In this document: one piece after another, positions 44,496 to 55,300 of the stretch
How positions within the stretch are numbered: position 1 is the first letter of the stretch
How the letters are laid out: each line of letters opens with the position of its first letter
Notes under the pieces: generated by a model
Seen by the model: the letters and a program-made list of their open reading frames with translations, nothing else
Database searches by the model: none
Told to the model about the DNA's origin: nothing
Assembly (NCBI GenBank): GCA_963707985.1
Contig: CAVPRW010000046.1
Span: 1 to 64,000, forward strand
Direction of reading: 5' to 3'
Source: an uncultured Nitrospinota bacterium
GTDB taxonomy: Bacteria; Tectomicrobia; Entotheonellia; J063; CAVPRW01
DNA: 64,000 nt
Position numbers and translations under genes: made by a program

Positions 44496-45650
44496 ATGCC
44501 ACTAAGCTACAAGACCCCAGGTGTCTATCGGCAAGAGGTATTTCTCAAGCCGCAGACCGTTCTGCCGACGGGTGTGCCTGGTTTCGTTGGCTTTGCCAAC
44601 GAGGGTAGCCAAGGTGGACCGCCTGTGAATACACCACTCTCCCTGCACCGTAAGGAAGAATTCTCCGACCGCTTCGGTAGCCGCCCTGAGAGCTATTTGT
44701 CCGATGCGATCGCCGGGTTCTTCGATAATGGTGGTGTCCGCTGCTATGTGGTGCGTGCGGATCCGAGTGGCGATCCCGTGGCCGCCTTGCAACATGCCCT
44801 GGTGCCTCTGGCCGCGCTAATTGACCTCGATCTGGTGGTGGTGCCCGATGCGATGAGCTTGCACCGGCCGGATGGCCAGCCGGATGTTACCGCTATTGTG
44901 CAAGTGCAGCGGCAGATGCTCATCCATTGCGCCGAGCAAGGTGATCGGCTGGCTCTGCTGGATGCTGTGCCGGCAGGGACCACGGCGGCTGTGTTGACGC
45001 AACGTGACCAACTTGCAATCGGGCAGTCAGAGCCGGTCAATGGAGCGCTTTATCATCCCTGGTTGCGTATTGTCAGTGGGCGTCTGGTGCCTCCATGCGG
45101 ACAGGTCGCGGGCATTTTCGCACGCAGCGATGCCCGTGTCGGCGTTTTCAAGGCACCCGCGAACGAGGAGGTCGTCGGCGTTCTCGACCTGGAGACAGAC
45201 ATCGACACCAGCATCCAGGACCAACTCAATCCTGAAGGAGTCAACTGTCTACGGGCATTCCGTGGACGCGGCATTCGCGTCTGGGGCGCGCGCACCCTCA
45301 GCCGTGACCCCAACTGGCGGTATGTAAGCGTCCGGCGCCTCTTCCTGACCCTACGCCGCTGGATCGACCTGAATATGGCGTGGGCCACGTTCGAGCCGAA
45401 CGAGCCGCGTTTATGGGTGCGGATTCAGCGTGAATTGACCACCTATCTCACCAAACTGCTGCGTGACGGAGCGCTCAAGGGCCCCACGCCCGATCAGGCA
45501 TTTTATGTGAAATGCGATGCTGAGACCAATCCGCCGGACTTGCGGGAAGTCGGACAGGTGGTCACTGAAATCGGCTTGGCGCCACTCGCCCCAGCGGAAT
45601 TCATCATCGTGCGCATCATCCACCGTGCAGGTGCGACAGAAAACAGTTGA
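44496..45650 (+). CDS. Contractile tail sheath protein 2
   Basis: PGVY, FFDNGG, KAPANE, VWGARTLS, PAEFII. Confidence 0.95.
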   Translation: MPLSYKTPGVYRQEVFLKPQTVLPTGVPGFVGFANEGSQGGPPVNTPLSLHRKEEFSDRFGSRPESYLSDAIAGFFDNGGVRCYVVRADPSGDPVAALQHALVPLAALIDLDLVVVPDAMSLHRPDGQPDVTAIVQVQRQMLIHCAEQGDRLALLDAVPAGTTAAVLTQRDQLAIGQSEPVNGALYHPWLRIVSGRLVPPCGQVAGIFARSDARVGVFKAPANEEVVGVLDLETDIDTSIQDQLNPEGVNCLRAFRGRGIRVWGARTLSRDPNWRYVSVRRLFLTLRRWIDLNMAWATFEPNEPRLWVRIQRELTTYLTKLLRDGALKGPTPDQAFYVKCDAETNPPDLREVGQVVTEIGLAPLAPAEFIIVRIIHRAGATENS

Positions 45651-45734
45651 TCGAGTGCAGCAGAGGCGGCCAATGCCGCGTCTCCAGCAGTATCATGATG
45701 GTGCGTCGTCCTGAGATGCTAAGGGAGGAATGGT

Positions 45735-46169
45735 ATGGCGACCGGTAGTCGAACAGATCCCTATCGTGGTTTTAACTTTATGGTGGAACTCGATGGTATC
45801 ACCCAGGCCGGCTTTCAGGAGGTCAGCGGGCTAGATGCGAGCACTGATAGCGTCGATTATCGCGAGGGCACAGACCCCCTTCACGTGCGTAAGCTACCGG
45901 GGCTGAACAAGTTTACAGCGATCACACTCAAACGTGGTATTACCGATTCCGACGAGTTGTGGCAGTGGCGGCAGACGGTGATGGATGGCAAAGCCGAGCG
46001 TAAGAACGGCTCGATCATCCTGCTTGATGATACCGGCGCGGAAAAGATTCGCTGGAACTTCGCCAACGCCTGGCCCACCAAGTGGACCGGGCCATCGTTC
46101 AACTCCACCAGTACGGCAGTGGCGATCGAAACGTTGGAGATCACGCACGAGGAATTGAAGCGCGCTTGA
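45735..46169 (+). CDS. Tail tube protein (gp19-like)
   Basis: DPYRGFNF.VE, YREG, ITLKRG, W.F.NAWPTKWTGP. Confidence 0.95.
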   Translation: MATGSRTDPYRGFNFMVELDGITQAGFQEVSGLDASTDSVDYREGTDPLHVRKLPGLNKFTAITLKRGITDSDELWQWRQTVMDGKAERKNGSIILLDDTGAEKIRWNFANAWPTKWTGPSFNSTSTAVAIETLEITHEELKRA

Positions 46170-46239
46170 GCTGGAGCCGCTAATCACCGGTCATCGGTGC
46201 CGGCGCTGAGCCTTCAGCGGCGGAGCATCGGGAGTTGTC

Positions 46240-46617
46240 ATGTTGCAGACCGAATTCGCCTTTACATTGCCCCTGGGCTATGTGGATGCCGACGGCAACC
46301 TCCACAAAGAGGGGGTTATGCGTCTGGCGACCGCACTAGATGAAATCGCCCCGCTTCGCGACCCACGGGTGCACAATAACCCGGCCTATCTGCTGATCAT
46401 CCTGCTGTCACGTGTGATTACCCGGCTAGGCTCGCTGGAGCAGATCAATCCGAAGACGATCGAAGGGCTTTTCGCCGCTGATCTGGCCTATTTGCAGGAC
46501 GTTTACCGCCGGCTCAACGAGAATGGCCACAACCTGGTGCGTACACAATGCCCACATTGCTCGCAGTCGTTCGAACTGGAGCTCAGTAGCTTGGGGGGGC
46601 CTGGCGCTACCCCTTAG
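46240..46617 (+). CDS. Tail assembly chaperone-like protein
   Basis: TEF.FTLP.GY.D, G.MRLATA.DEI, DLAYLQ, CPHC; follows the tube gene. Confidence 0.8.
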   Translation: MLQTEFAFTLPLGYVDADGNLHKEGVMRLATALDEIAPLRDPRVHNNPAYLLIILLSRVITRLGSLEQINPKTIEGLFAADLAYLQDVYRRLNENGHNLVRTQCPHCSQSFELELSSLGGPGATP

Positions 46618-46775
46618 AGCGGCTCTATGAGGAGGTAGCGTATATTGCCTATCACTTTCACTGGCCGCACGAACAGATTCTGGCTCTGGAGCACCCCGAA
46701 CGCCAACGCTGGGTCGCGGAAATTGCCAAGATCAATCAGCGCTTCAATGAGCAGATGAGCCGCGTGGGTTCTTGA
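46590..46775 (+). CDS. DUF6760-like small protein in the -1 frame with no start codon (absent from the ORF track)
   Basis: YPLERLYEEVAYIAYHFHWPHEQILALEHPERQRWVAEIAKIN. Confidence 0.8.
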   Translation, partial: LGGAWRYPLERLYEEVAYIAYHFHWPHEQILALEHPERQRWVAEIAKINQRFNEQMSRVGS

Positions 46776-46830
46776 CGCGAGCATTCGCTCTGTTCACCGG
46801 TTCGCTACGAGGGACACGACGCCAGAGGAG

Positions 46831-47385
46831 ATGCGTACCATGCCTGCATTAGGATTGAACGCCGCTTTCGGCCTCGTCACCAACCTGCTCGGCATTCGTG
46901 CCGACCCGTACCAGGTCTTCAACTTTCTCGTGGAGATCGAAGGCATTCTGGCTGGGGGCTTTTCCGAATGCAGCGGCCTGCAGGTGGAAACGGAGTTCTT
47001 CGATTACCGGGAAGGCGGGCTGAACGAATACGTGCACCGTTTCGTAGGACCCACCAAATATCCGGCACTCGTGCTGAAGCATGGCCTGACCCAAATCGAT
47101 GGGCTGTGGAGCTGGCATCAGGACGTGATCCAGGGTAAGGTTGAGCGCAAGAACGGCACGATTTACCTGCTCGATAAGCAGCGTCTGCCAGTCATGTGGT
47201 GGGACTTCAAGGAAGCCTTCCCGTTCAAGTGGACTGGGCCAGACCTGCGCGCTGATTCCGGCAACGTGGCGATTGAAAGCGTGGAACTGGCACATCGCGG
47301 CTTGAGCCGACCGGCGCTGGCCAATATCCTGGCGGGCATTGGGGCGGACATCAGTGGTTCGGTCGGTGCCTCTTTCGGGCTATAA
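46831..47385 (+). CDS. Second tube protein (gp19-like)
   Basis: DPY..FNFLVEI, FSECSGL, YREGG.N, AFPFKWTGP. Confidence 0.93.
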   Translation: MRTMPALGLNAAFGLVTNLLGIRADPYQVFNFLVEIEGILAGGFSECSGLQVETEFFDYREGGLNEYVHRFVGPTKYPALVLKHGLTQIDGLWSWHQDVIQGKVERKNGTIYLLDKQRLPVMWWDFKEAFPFKWTGPDLRADSGNVAIESVELAHRGLSRPALANILAGIGADISGSVGASFGL

Positions 47386-47388
47386 CGT

Positions 47389-49086
47389 ATGCGAGACTCT
47401 ACAGAGCCAATCGACACCTCCAAGAGCGACGCGCCGCCCCAGCTGGAGCTGGGCCAGCATCTGATGCGGCGGCATACCGAGCCCCTCGGCGTGATCGACG
47501 TGCGCCACCCACAGCAGCATTATGCGCGCACCGCCGGCTGGATCGCACAGCGTTTCGCGCTGCTCGAGCACTGGAAGACACGCTATGGAAGCGACGAAGA
47601 TCCGTCGACAGCAAACGCCGGCATGGTGTTCGCCGCGCTGTCGCCGACGGTAGCGCCAGGGACTGTCGTGCCGAGCCCCGCTCAGCTGGTGCGCGCCGCC
47701 ACAGAGTCGGTCGCGTCACCGCCGAGTGTCGCCTTCACAGCCGCATCCTCATCATCGCCCTCGCAATTTCGCGTCAGGCGCCGCGCCGCGCCACCGCCTG
47801 CACTGTTGCAGAGGCTGGCCTCGCCTGCCTCAGGGTTCGACTCCACCATACCTCCAGAGGTCAGCATGGCCACATCCGACAGCTCTGATATTGCTGCGCC
47901 GGATCGAACTGGGGAGCCCACGCGCCGTGCTGTAAGCTCTCCCCAGCATGGAGAAACTTCCCCGCCGACGCAACTTGCGGATGCATCGCCCTCTGGAAAC
48001 CTGGTTGGGGACAGCACTCGCGCCACGCCCCGCCGTGCGATGCCGTTGATTACAGATGTCGTGCCGGTGCACATAAGTCGCCAAGTGGGGCGCTCCGCAC
48101 CCTCTCCGCGCGGTGAGGTGCGGGGGGGTGAAATCCCCGATATGGCGTCCCCGGCTACACCAGCCCCATCCGCACTGATTTTACCGAAGCGCCTTCCCGG
48201 GGGTGTTGCGCCTGAGCCGGAGATGGTCGGAGAGCTCTCACGCAACCTCGAACATTCACCTCAGGACGAGACGGCTCTCCTCCCAACCATTGTCCCTAAT
48301 CAACCGCCTTCTGGAAGCCAGGTGGATGACAGCGCTAGCGTGACGCCCCGCCGTGCGCTGCCGTTGGCTGCGGCTGTCGCGCCGGAGCCGGTGAGTCGCC
48401 TGGAGGCGAGTTCTCTCCCACTGCCCCTGCAGATACAGCGGCAGGCCAGCCCGGCAACCACGGAGCTGGCGAGGGGGCAAGAAACCATGGGGCCAATAGT
48501 CGCTATGGCGACCGACCCAGTGCCGTTAGCTATGGGGAATACCGGACCGGCGCGCGAGCTTACCCGTCCGATGGTGGGGCGCTCAGCGTCTATCGTGACG
48601 GGGACTGCGGCGGCCACCGTTGCACCGGCAGTCGATTTCCCTCTGGTTCAGCGTCAAGCCGCAGACAGCATGCACTCTGCCGAATCAGTGCCTGGTGAGA
48701 TGGCAGAACGTCGACAGGCCAGGGCTACGGAAATTCGTGCCACCCCATCCGAGGCGCTGCAACCGACCATGACGTGGCGTCAGAGTGCTGGTGGAGTCTC
48801 GTCTGTGGGAATGTCAGGGGAAGGGACGGTTTATAGCGTGCCACGTCCTTTGCCTTTAGCCATCCATTCGCTGAGTCGGGGGGAAATGCCGGTGGCGCGT
48901 CAACCGATGACTGGTGAGTCAACCATGTCGACAACTAATGAGGACACGCAGCCGCCGGCGGAAACGCCGGTATCGGCGTTTCCGCCGGCCAACGAGATCG
49001 ATGTGGGGCATCTGGCCGCGCAGGTCAGCCGCTTGATTGCGCATCAATTGGTGATCGAGCGTGAGCGACGAGGAAGGGGCAGATGA
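47389..49086 (+). CDS. Pro/Ser/Ala-rich, probably disordered eCIS protein
   Basis: 565-aa ORF coupled to both neighbours; helical C-terminus LAAQVSRLI...ERERRG. Confidence 0.75.
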   Translation: MRDSTEPIDTSKSDAPPQLELGQHLMRRHTEPLGVIDVRHPQQHYARTAGWIAQRFALLEHWKTRYGSDEDPSTANAGMVFAALSPTVAPGTVVPSPAQLVRAATESVASPPSVAFTAASSSSPSQFRVRRRAAPPPALLQRLASPASGFDSTIPPEVSMATSDSSDIAAPDRTGEPTRRAVSSPQHGETSPPTQLADASPSGNLVGDSTRATPRRAMPLITDVVPVHISRQVGRSAPSPRGEVRGGEIPDMASPATPAPSALILPKRLPGGVAPEPEMVGELSRNLEHSPQDETALLPTIVPNQPPSGSQVDDSASVTPRRALPLAAAVAPEPVSRLEASSLPLPLQIQRQASPATTELARGQETMGPIVAMATDPVPLAMGNTGPARELTRPMVGRSASIVTGTAAATVAPAVDFPLVQRQAADSMHSAESVPGEMAERRQARATEIRATPSEALQPTMTWRQSAGGVSSVGMSGEGTVYSVPRPLPLAIHSLSRGEMPVARQPMTGESTMSTTNEDTQPPAETPVSAFPPANEIDVGHLAAQVSRLIAHQLVIERERRGRGR

Positions 49087-49764
49087 TGCCAGACAAATTG
49101 GAGATCAGACCACTGCCGCCATCGGACTTTCAGCCAATCAATGTGATGTTTAATCCGAGCTCGTATTCGATTGCTAAATCGGTTCAGTGGGACCCCCCCC
49201 CACCGCCGATCCACTCGCCTGGAAAAAAGGAAGTAGCTCGCTCAGCGGAAATTGAATGCACCGACGTTGAAGTTTGGCGGTGGAAACAGCCGGCAACTCA
49301 CATTAGAGCTATTTTTCGATGTAACCGAGCCGGTCCTCGGCCAAAAAGATGTCCGAGACGAGACCAGCAAAATTGTCAAGCTCACGCGCATCGAGCGTAA
49401 GGTAGGTCGGCCGCCGAAGTGTCAAGTCTCCTGGGGGCACCGGGCGAATGACCCTGATTTTCCATTTGTCGGTGTGGTGAGTGATTTGCAGCAAAGATTT
49501 ACGCTGTTCTCAAGCGAAGGGATCCCGGTGCGCGCCACCTTGAACGTGACCTTCAAGGAAGTTCTGTCGCCGGAGGACGACCAGCGGGAAACCGATCCGG
49601 AGTTCACGACGCGTCTGGTCAAGCGCGGCGATTCCTTGAGCAGCATCGCTTCCGAAGTCTACCGCGATCCGACGCTATGGCGTGTGATCGCCGGAGCCAA
49701 CGCTCTGGACGATCCGCGCCATCTCCCGATCGGCCTGCGGCTGAATGTCCCTAAGCTGCGTTGA
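49083..49764 (+). CDS. Tube initiator / LysM protein (Afp7-like), frameshifted in a homopolymer region near 49195-49255
   Basis: VMFNPSSYSI.K; L.LELFFD, F...G.PVRA; LysM VKRGDSLSSIA..VY.DP..WR.IA.AN. Confidence 0.88.
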
Positions 49765-49777
49765 AGGACAGAAAGCT

Positions 49778-50851
49778 ATGCCAGTTGCCAACCCTGACAA
49801 TCCCCTTGTGGCGGATTTCGATGTCATCATCAATGGCGCGCCGTTGCCGGTCGAGGCTGCGGCCTACGTCGCTGGCGTGTCGGTCGACGAGAGCATCGAT
49901 CTACCGAGCATGTTCACACTGGAGATGATCGGCTCGGATGCGCAAGAACAGACGATTCCGTGGATCGATGACCAGAAGCTGTTCGCCATTGGCAATGTGA
50001 TCGAAATCAAATTGGGCTATGTCGATGATTTGGAGACGTTGCTGATTGGGGAAATCACCGCATTGGAACCGGAATTCGTCTTCAACCGGTTGCCCGGTCT
50101 GACGGTGCGGGGCTATGACCGCCGCCACCGTTTGCAGCGAGGCCGCAAGACTCGCACCTTCGTGCAGCAAAAAGACAGCGACATCGCGGCGCAGATTGCC
50201 AGCGAAGCAGGATTGACCGCACAAGCCGAGGACAGCGGCACGGTCCATGATTATGTCCTGCAGGCCAATCAGACCGATCTGGAATTTCTGCACGAACGCG
50301 CCAGCCGCATCCAGTACGAGGTCATCGTCGAGGACAAGACGCTCTCCTTCCGACCGGTTGCAAACGCGCAAGGCGAGGTCCTTACCTTAACCATGGACGA
50401 CGATTTGCTGGAGTTTTACCCACGCCTCTCTTCCCTCGGACAGGTAAGCGAGGTGACGGTACGCAGTTGGAGTTCCAAGGATAAGAAAGAACTGATCAGT
50501 CAGGCGAAGGCGGGCGATGAAGTGTCGACGATGGGTGGCCAGCAAAGCGGTGCGGCGCTGGTTGAAGGTGCGTTCGGTGCAGCGATTGAGCAATGGAGCA
50601 CATATCCGGTGGCGACGCAGGCTGAGGCGGATCAGATGGCCAGGGCCCGCCTCAACGATCGGGTGCTGGAATTGATCTCTGGCGAAGGCGCCTGTTGGGG
50701 GCGTACGGATGTGCGCTCTGGCAAGGTCATCAAAATCGATGGCCTGGGGCAGCGCTTCAGCGGACAATACTATGTCACAGGGGTCATCCATCGCTATTCG
50801 TCCCAAGGCGGTTACGAAACGCACTTTACGGTGCGAAGGAATGCTTCATGA
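49778..50851 (+). CDS. Baseplate hub (late control D / VgrG N-terminal-like)
   Basis: DSDIAAQIA, Q.NQTDLEFL.ERA, G.RFSG.YYV..V.H. Confidence 0.9.
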   Translation: MPVANPDNPLVADFDVIINGAPLPVEAAAYVAGVSVDESIDLPSMFTLEMIGSDAQEQTIPWIDDQKLFAIGNVIEIKLGYVDDLETLLIGEITALEPEFVFNRLPGLTVRGYDRRHRLQRGRKTRTFVQQKDSDIAAQIASEAGLTAQAEDSGTVHDYVLQANQTDLEFLHERASRIQYEVIVEDKTLSFRPVANAQGEVLTLTMDDDLLEFYPRLSSLGQVSEVTVRSWSSKDKKELISQAKAGDEVSTMGGQQSGAALVEGAFGAAIEQWSTYPVATQAEADQMARARLNDRVLELISGEGACWGRTDVRSGKVIKIDGLGQRFSGQYYVTGVIHRYSSQGGYETHFTVRRNAS

Positions 50852-51495
50852 ATCTCCTCGATCTGTTGAGCGGCTCCGAAGAGGAAGCCAAACGTATGAG
50901 TCGCATCAGCGGGGTGGTGATCGGAGTGGTGACGAACAACAAAGATGACGAGGGGTTAGGCCGTGTCAAGGTGCGCTTCCCCTGGCTGAGCGCATCAGAT
51001 GAAAGCCAGTGGGCACGTATCGCTGCGCCGATGGCGGGCAAAGCGCGCGGCATCTACTTCCTGCCAGAAGTGGACGATGAGGTGCTGGTTGCCTTTGAGC
51101 ATGGCGATGTACGTTTCCCGTATGTCCTTGGGGCGCTCTGGAACGGCCAGGAGTTGCCGCCAGCGAGCAACGATGACGGCAAGAATAATCTGCGTGTCAT
51201 CAAGTCGCGCAGTGGGCATATTATCCGGCTCAACGACGAGGCCGGCAAAGAGACGATCGAGATCGTCGACAAGAGCGAAAAAAACAGCATCATCTTCGAC
51301 ACCTCCAGTAACACGATCACGATTACCGCCGACAAAGACATCACGCTCTCAGCGGCACAGGGCACCATCAAGCTCGACGCTCAGAAAATCGACATCACCT
51401 CTTCCGCCGATGCCAAGCTCGAAGCCGGAACCGGCATGGATATGAAAGCCGGCGCTGCGATGAATCTCAAAGGGGCGCCGGTCAACATCAATTGA
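50848..51495 (+). CDS. Spike protein (gpV/gp5 OB-fold plus beta-helix)
   Basis: GRVKVRFPW, WARI, FLPEVDDEVLVAFEHGD..PYVLG.LWN. Confidence 0.93.
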   Translation: MNLLDLLSGSEEEAKRMSRISGVVIGVVTNNKDDEGLGRVKVRFPWLSASDESQWARIAAPMAGKARGIYFLPEVDDEVLVAFEHGDVRFPYVLGALWNGQELPPASNDDGKNNLRVIKSRSGHIIRLNDEAGKETIEIVDKSEKNSIIFDTSSNTITITADKDITLSAAQGTIKLDAQKIDITSSADAKLEAGTGMDMKAGAAMNLKGAPVNIN

Positions 51496-51508
51496 AATGA
51501 GGGTAGCG

Positions 51509-51910
51509 ATGGGCCAACCCGCAGCCAAGCAAGGTGACCAGATCGTGGCGGTCGATACGCATATCGTCATGGTCCCCGCGCCACCCGGACCACCCGTGCC
51601 GACGCCGCTGCCGCATCCGTTCAGCGGCCTCATCAACGGCAATTTGAGCGCAGATGTGAACATTATGGGGCTGCCAGCTGCGACCGTCGACAGTACGGCA
51701 GATAATGCACCGGCGCACATTCCTACGCCGCCGGGCACGGCTTTTCAGAAGCCCCCGGCGAACAAAGCAACGATCAAGTTGGGTAGCGCGACGGTCAAGA
51801 TCAACGGCAAGATGGCGGCACGCCATGGCGATATGGCGCTGACGTGCAACGATCCGGCGGATCTGCCCAACGGTCAGATTTTCGCTGTCAGCACGGTGTT
51901 TATCGGCTGA
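51509..51910 (+). CDS. PAAR-like spike tip protein
   Basis: MGQPAAKQGD, G.PAA, GSATVKINGK.AAR.GD, TVFIG. Confidence 0.9.
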   Translation: MGQPAAKQGDQIVAVDTHIVMVPAPPGPPVPTPLPHPFSGLINGNLSADVNIMGLPAATVDSTADNAPAHIPTPPGTAFQKPPANKATIKLGSATVKINGKMAARHGDMALTCNDPADLPNGQIFAVSTVFIG

Positions 51911-51922
51911 AGCGGAGGCTCT

Positions 51923-52333
51923 ATGCCGAAGACATTTCTGGGTGTCGGGTGGAATTTCCCCATCACCGTCTATGCCACAGGTGAGAACGCTGGCAAGCTG
52001 CAGCTCGCCGCCTACGAAGAGAGTGTGCGCCAGGCGATCTGGATTATTCTCGGCACGGCCAAAGGCGAGCGTGTTATGACCCCGGAGTTCGGCTGTGGCA
52101 TTTACGATCTGGTCTTTGGGCTGAATTCTGCGTCGACCGCCGGGCGGATTTCCCAGGCCGTTCGCGAGGCATTGCTCCAGTTCGAACCGCGCATCGATGT
52201 ACGCGACATCCAGGTGCAATCACAGAATGGCGGCGAAGTATTGCTGATCAGCATCGACTACGAAGTACGCGCCACCAATAACGTCTTCAATCTGGTCTAT
52301 CCGTTCTACCTGGAGCGCAGCGCAAACCGATGA
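51923..52333 (+). CDS. gp25/GPW baseplate protein
   Basis: IL.T..GERVM.PEFGC, FEPRI, NLVYPFY. Confidence 0.95.
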   Translation: MPKTFLGVGWNFPITVYATGENAGKLQLAAYEESVRQAIWIILGTAKGERVMTPEFGCGIYDLVFGLNSASTAGRISQAVREALLQFEPRIDVRDIQVQSQNGGEVLLISIDYEVRATNNVFNLVYPFYLERSANR

Positions 52334-55300
52334 CCTTACCAGTCCCTGAGATCGATCAACGCACGGCCATCAGCATCGCCCAGCAGGTGCAGGGCTTGCT
52401 CAAAGTCTACACACCCGCCTGGGAGGAGCTCGATCCCGTGACTGGGGTGGCAACCGGCGTGAGTGGCGCGCTGATCGGGGTCTTTGCGCGGTTCTCAGAA
52501 GTCATTATTCAGCGGCTTAACCAGGCGCCGCAAAAAAACTTCCTTGCCTTTCTCGATTTGCTGGGTGCCGCGCTGCTGCCTCCGCAACCGGCGCGCGCGC
52601 CACTAACGTTCTCTCTGGCTGCCGGTAGCGCCGTCGATGGTTTGGTTCCAGCTGGAACCCAGGCCGCCGCCCCGCCCGCCGAAGGTGAGAAAGACCCGGT
52701 CATTTTTGAAACCGAGCGCGAATTGACCGTCACCGCCGCACAGTTGGCAGCTCTCTTCGTGCGCGATCCCGAGCACGATATGCAAGCCGATCTCAGCCCC
52801 ATCATCACGGCTAGCGCCATCACCTCTGGCTCTGCCGTGGGAGAGCGTGTGTTTCAGGGCAATCGGCCGATTGAGCACCTTCTCTACCTTGGCCATAGCC
52901 AGTTGCTGGGCTTTCCCCGGATTGCCGCTCTCAGCCTCCTGTTTACGTTGGAAGCAGCGCTGCAAGATGCGCGCGAGGTCTGCTGGGAAATCTGGGATGG
53001 TCAGCAATGGCAGGCGCGGACGCCGAGCAATGACCAAACGCAAAATCTCACCCACTCCGGCGTCGTGACGCTTGGGAGTATACCGCCCATTCCCGACAGT
53101 CAGGTGGCTAGCGTCCTCAACCGCTGGCTGCGTTTTCGTCTGATCACGCCTATCACTCTGGCAAGCGAGGCGCGGCTCAACATGGTGCGCGCTACCCAGC
53201 TCCCGAAGGTGCAGCAAGTGCTCATACGCGTTGACCTCCTCCGTGATCTCAGCCAGGGGCTAGCGCCGGATGCGGGTTTCACCAATGCACTGCCAATCGA
53301 GCTCGGGAAAGACTTCTTTCCATTTGGGGAAAAGCCACGGCTCAATGATGCTCTCCAACTGGCCAGCGTTGAAGCATTTTCCAAAGATCGCGCGCAGGGG
53401 TTGGCGGCCGCTGGCGCGACTGTACAACTCGACATCCGGATCGCCAACTCGCATCTGTTGCCTACGGTCACCAGTGTGCGCCCCGCCGCGGACCTGCAAT
53501 TGGTCTGGGAATGTTGGAATGGAAGCGCCTGGCAACGGGTCGGCACGAGCACAGCACCTCCCTGGCTGCGCTTACTGGAAGTGATTCCGCCATTGGAGGT
53601 AACCACCGATACGTCTGTGACGGTCGAGGGCCGCGCGCAAAGAGGCACCGTGGTGCGAGCGCAGATCAGCGGTCAGGTGAGCGGGGTCGCTACTCGCGCC
53701 TTGCGGGTTGGCGATGACGGCCGGTTTGCTATGACGCTGGTATCTCCCTCGGGCCTGATTGTAATCACCTTTACCGCCACCCTTGGCGCCCAAACGACCA
53801 GAGCCTGGGCCACCTTCTTTGCCATGACCGGAGAACTGACGAGGAGGATTGAGCTGACCGTCCAAATACCCTCACTGCCCGTGAGGACTGACACAGTTAA
53901 CCTCATAGTGAATGCCACAGGCACGGACGCCGGCCAAGTGACACAAATCCGCATCACCAACGGCAGCAGTACATCTCCGCCGGTGCTAGGCGCCAAGGGC
54001 ACTACTTTGCAGGTTGGCTTACTCGAAGGCCGCAACGAATTGCTCATCGAAGGACTGGCATCCGCGACAGGCACTGCATTGGCGGCCATCACGCGGACCA
54101 TCAGCCGCGAAGCCAGCCCGCCTCCGCCTGAGACTGGCACAGGATTCGTCGATGGGACGTATGCACTGTGCCAAAGCGGCATCGTCAGATTTATCATACC
54201 AGACCATGTTGAACCAACGTCGCTCGGTGGCCAGCAGAACTTCTGGCTGCGCGTCCGCCTGATTCGGGGCGACTATGGCAAAGACGCGAGTTACAAGCTC
54301 CAAAACCCGGAAGCACCGGAAGCAGGGTTCATACTGATCCCGGAAAACTTCCGCCCGCCTGTGCTCTCGAGCGTCACCATTGGTTACGCACAAACGCTGA
54401 CCGGGCCACCGGAGGTGATGCTGGCCTATAACAATTCGACAGTTACTACAGTGGCGAATGCCACGCAACCCGGTGATCCCCCCTTTGAGCCATTCTGTCG
54501 TGCGCCAGAGGACCGGCCAACTCTCTATATTGGTTTCGCGCTGCCAGCGGACCAGGCCGTATTTCCTAATCGCACGCTCAGTCTCTATGCCCACGTGGGA
54601 GAATCCAAATATGGTGAGCGGCCTATCCCCATTGCCCCCGAAAATAGCAAAGAAATCGGCGTTGCTGCTTCAACGGTGCGTCACGATTTCCTGATCACCA
54701 ATGTGGCCGCTGTGCCGGCCACATTCACCTGCAGCGTTCTCGGGACGCGGTGGCAGCCCCCACCTGCGCCAGTGCCAGCCGCTCAAACGGTGCCAGCCGG
54801 AGAGTCACGAGCGGTGGCGATTCAGGTCACTGTTCCCGAAGGGACGCCGGTGGGTCGAAGCGACCGCGGCTTTCTAAGATTGGAGATCTCCACGGAACAG
54901 GGTCTTGAGTACGTGGCAGATTTTGTCACCTTTGCCGGCGCAGAGGTCTCCACGGGCGAGCGGCTGCAGCTCGTATGGCAATATTGGAATGGCCAGCAAT
55001 GGGCGGTGTTGACGGTGCGCGACGATACCGAGAATTTCACCCGTCCAGGCCTCATTGAATTTCTCGCTCCGCCGGACTTCACTGCGCGCCGCGAGTTTGA
55101 CCAGGGACCACGTTACTGGCTGCGCGTGCGCTGGGAGAAAGGCGAATATGCGCTCGCGCCCAGGTTGCAACGGATGCTGCTCAACACCACGATGGCGGCG
55201 CAGACAGTGACCCTTCGCAACGAGATTCTCGGTTCGAGCGATGCCAGCGCCGAGCAACAGTTCCACGCCACGCGGATGCCCATCCAGCCGGGACAATCCC

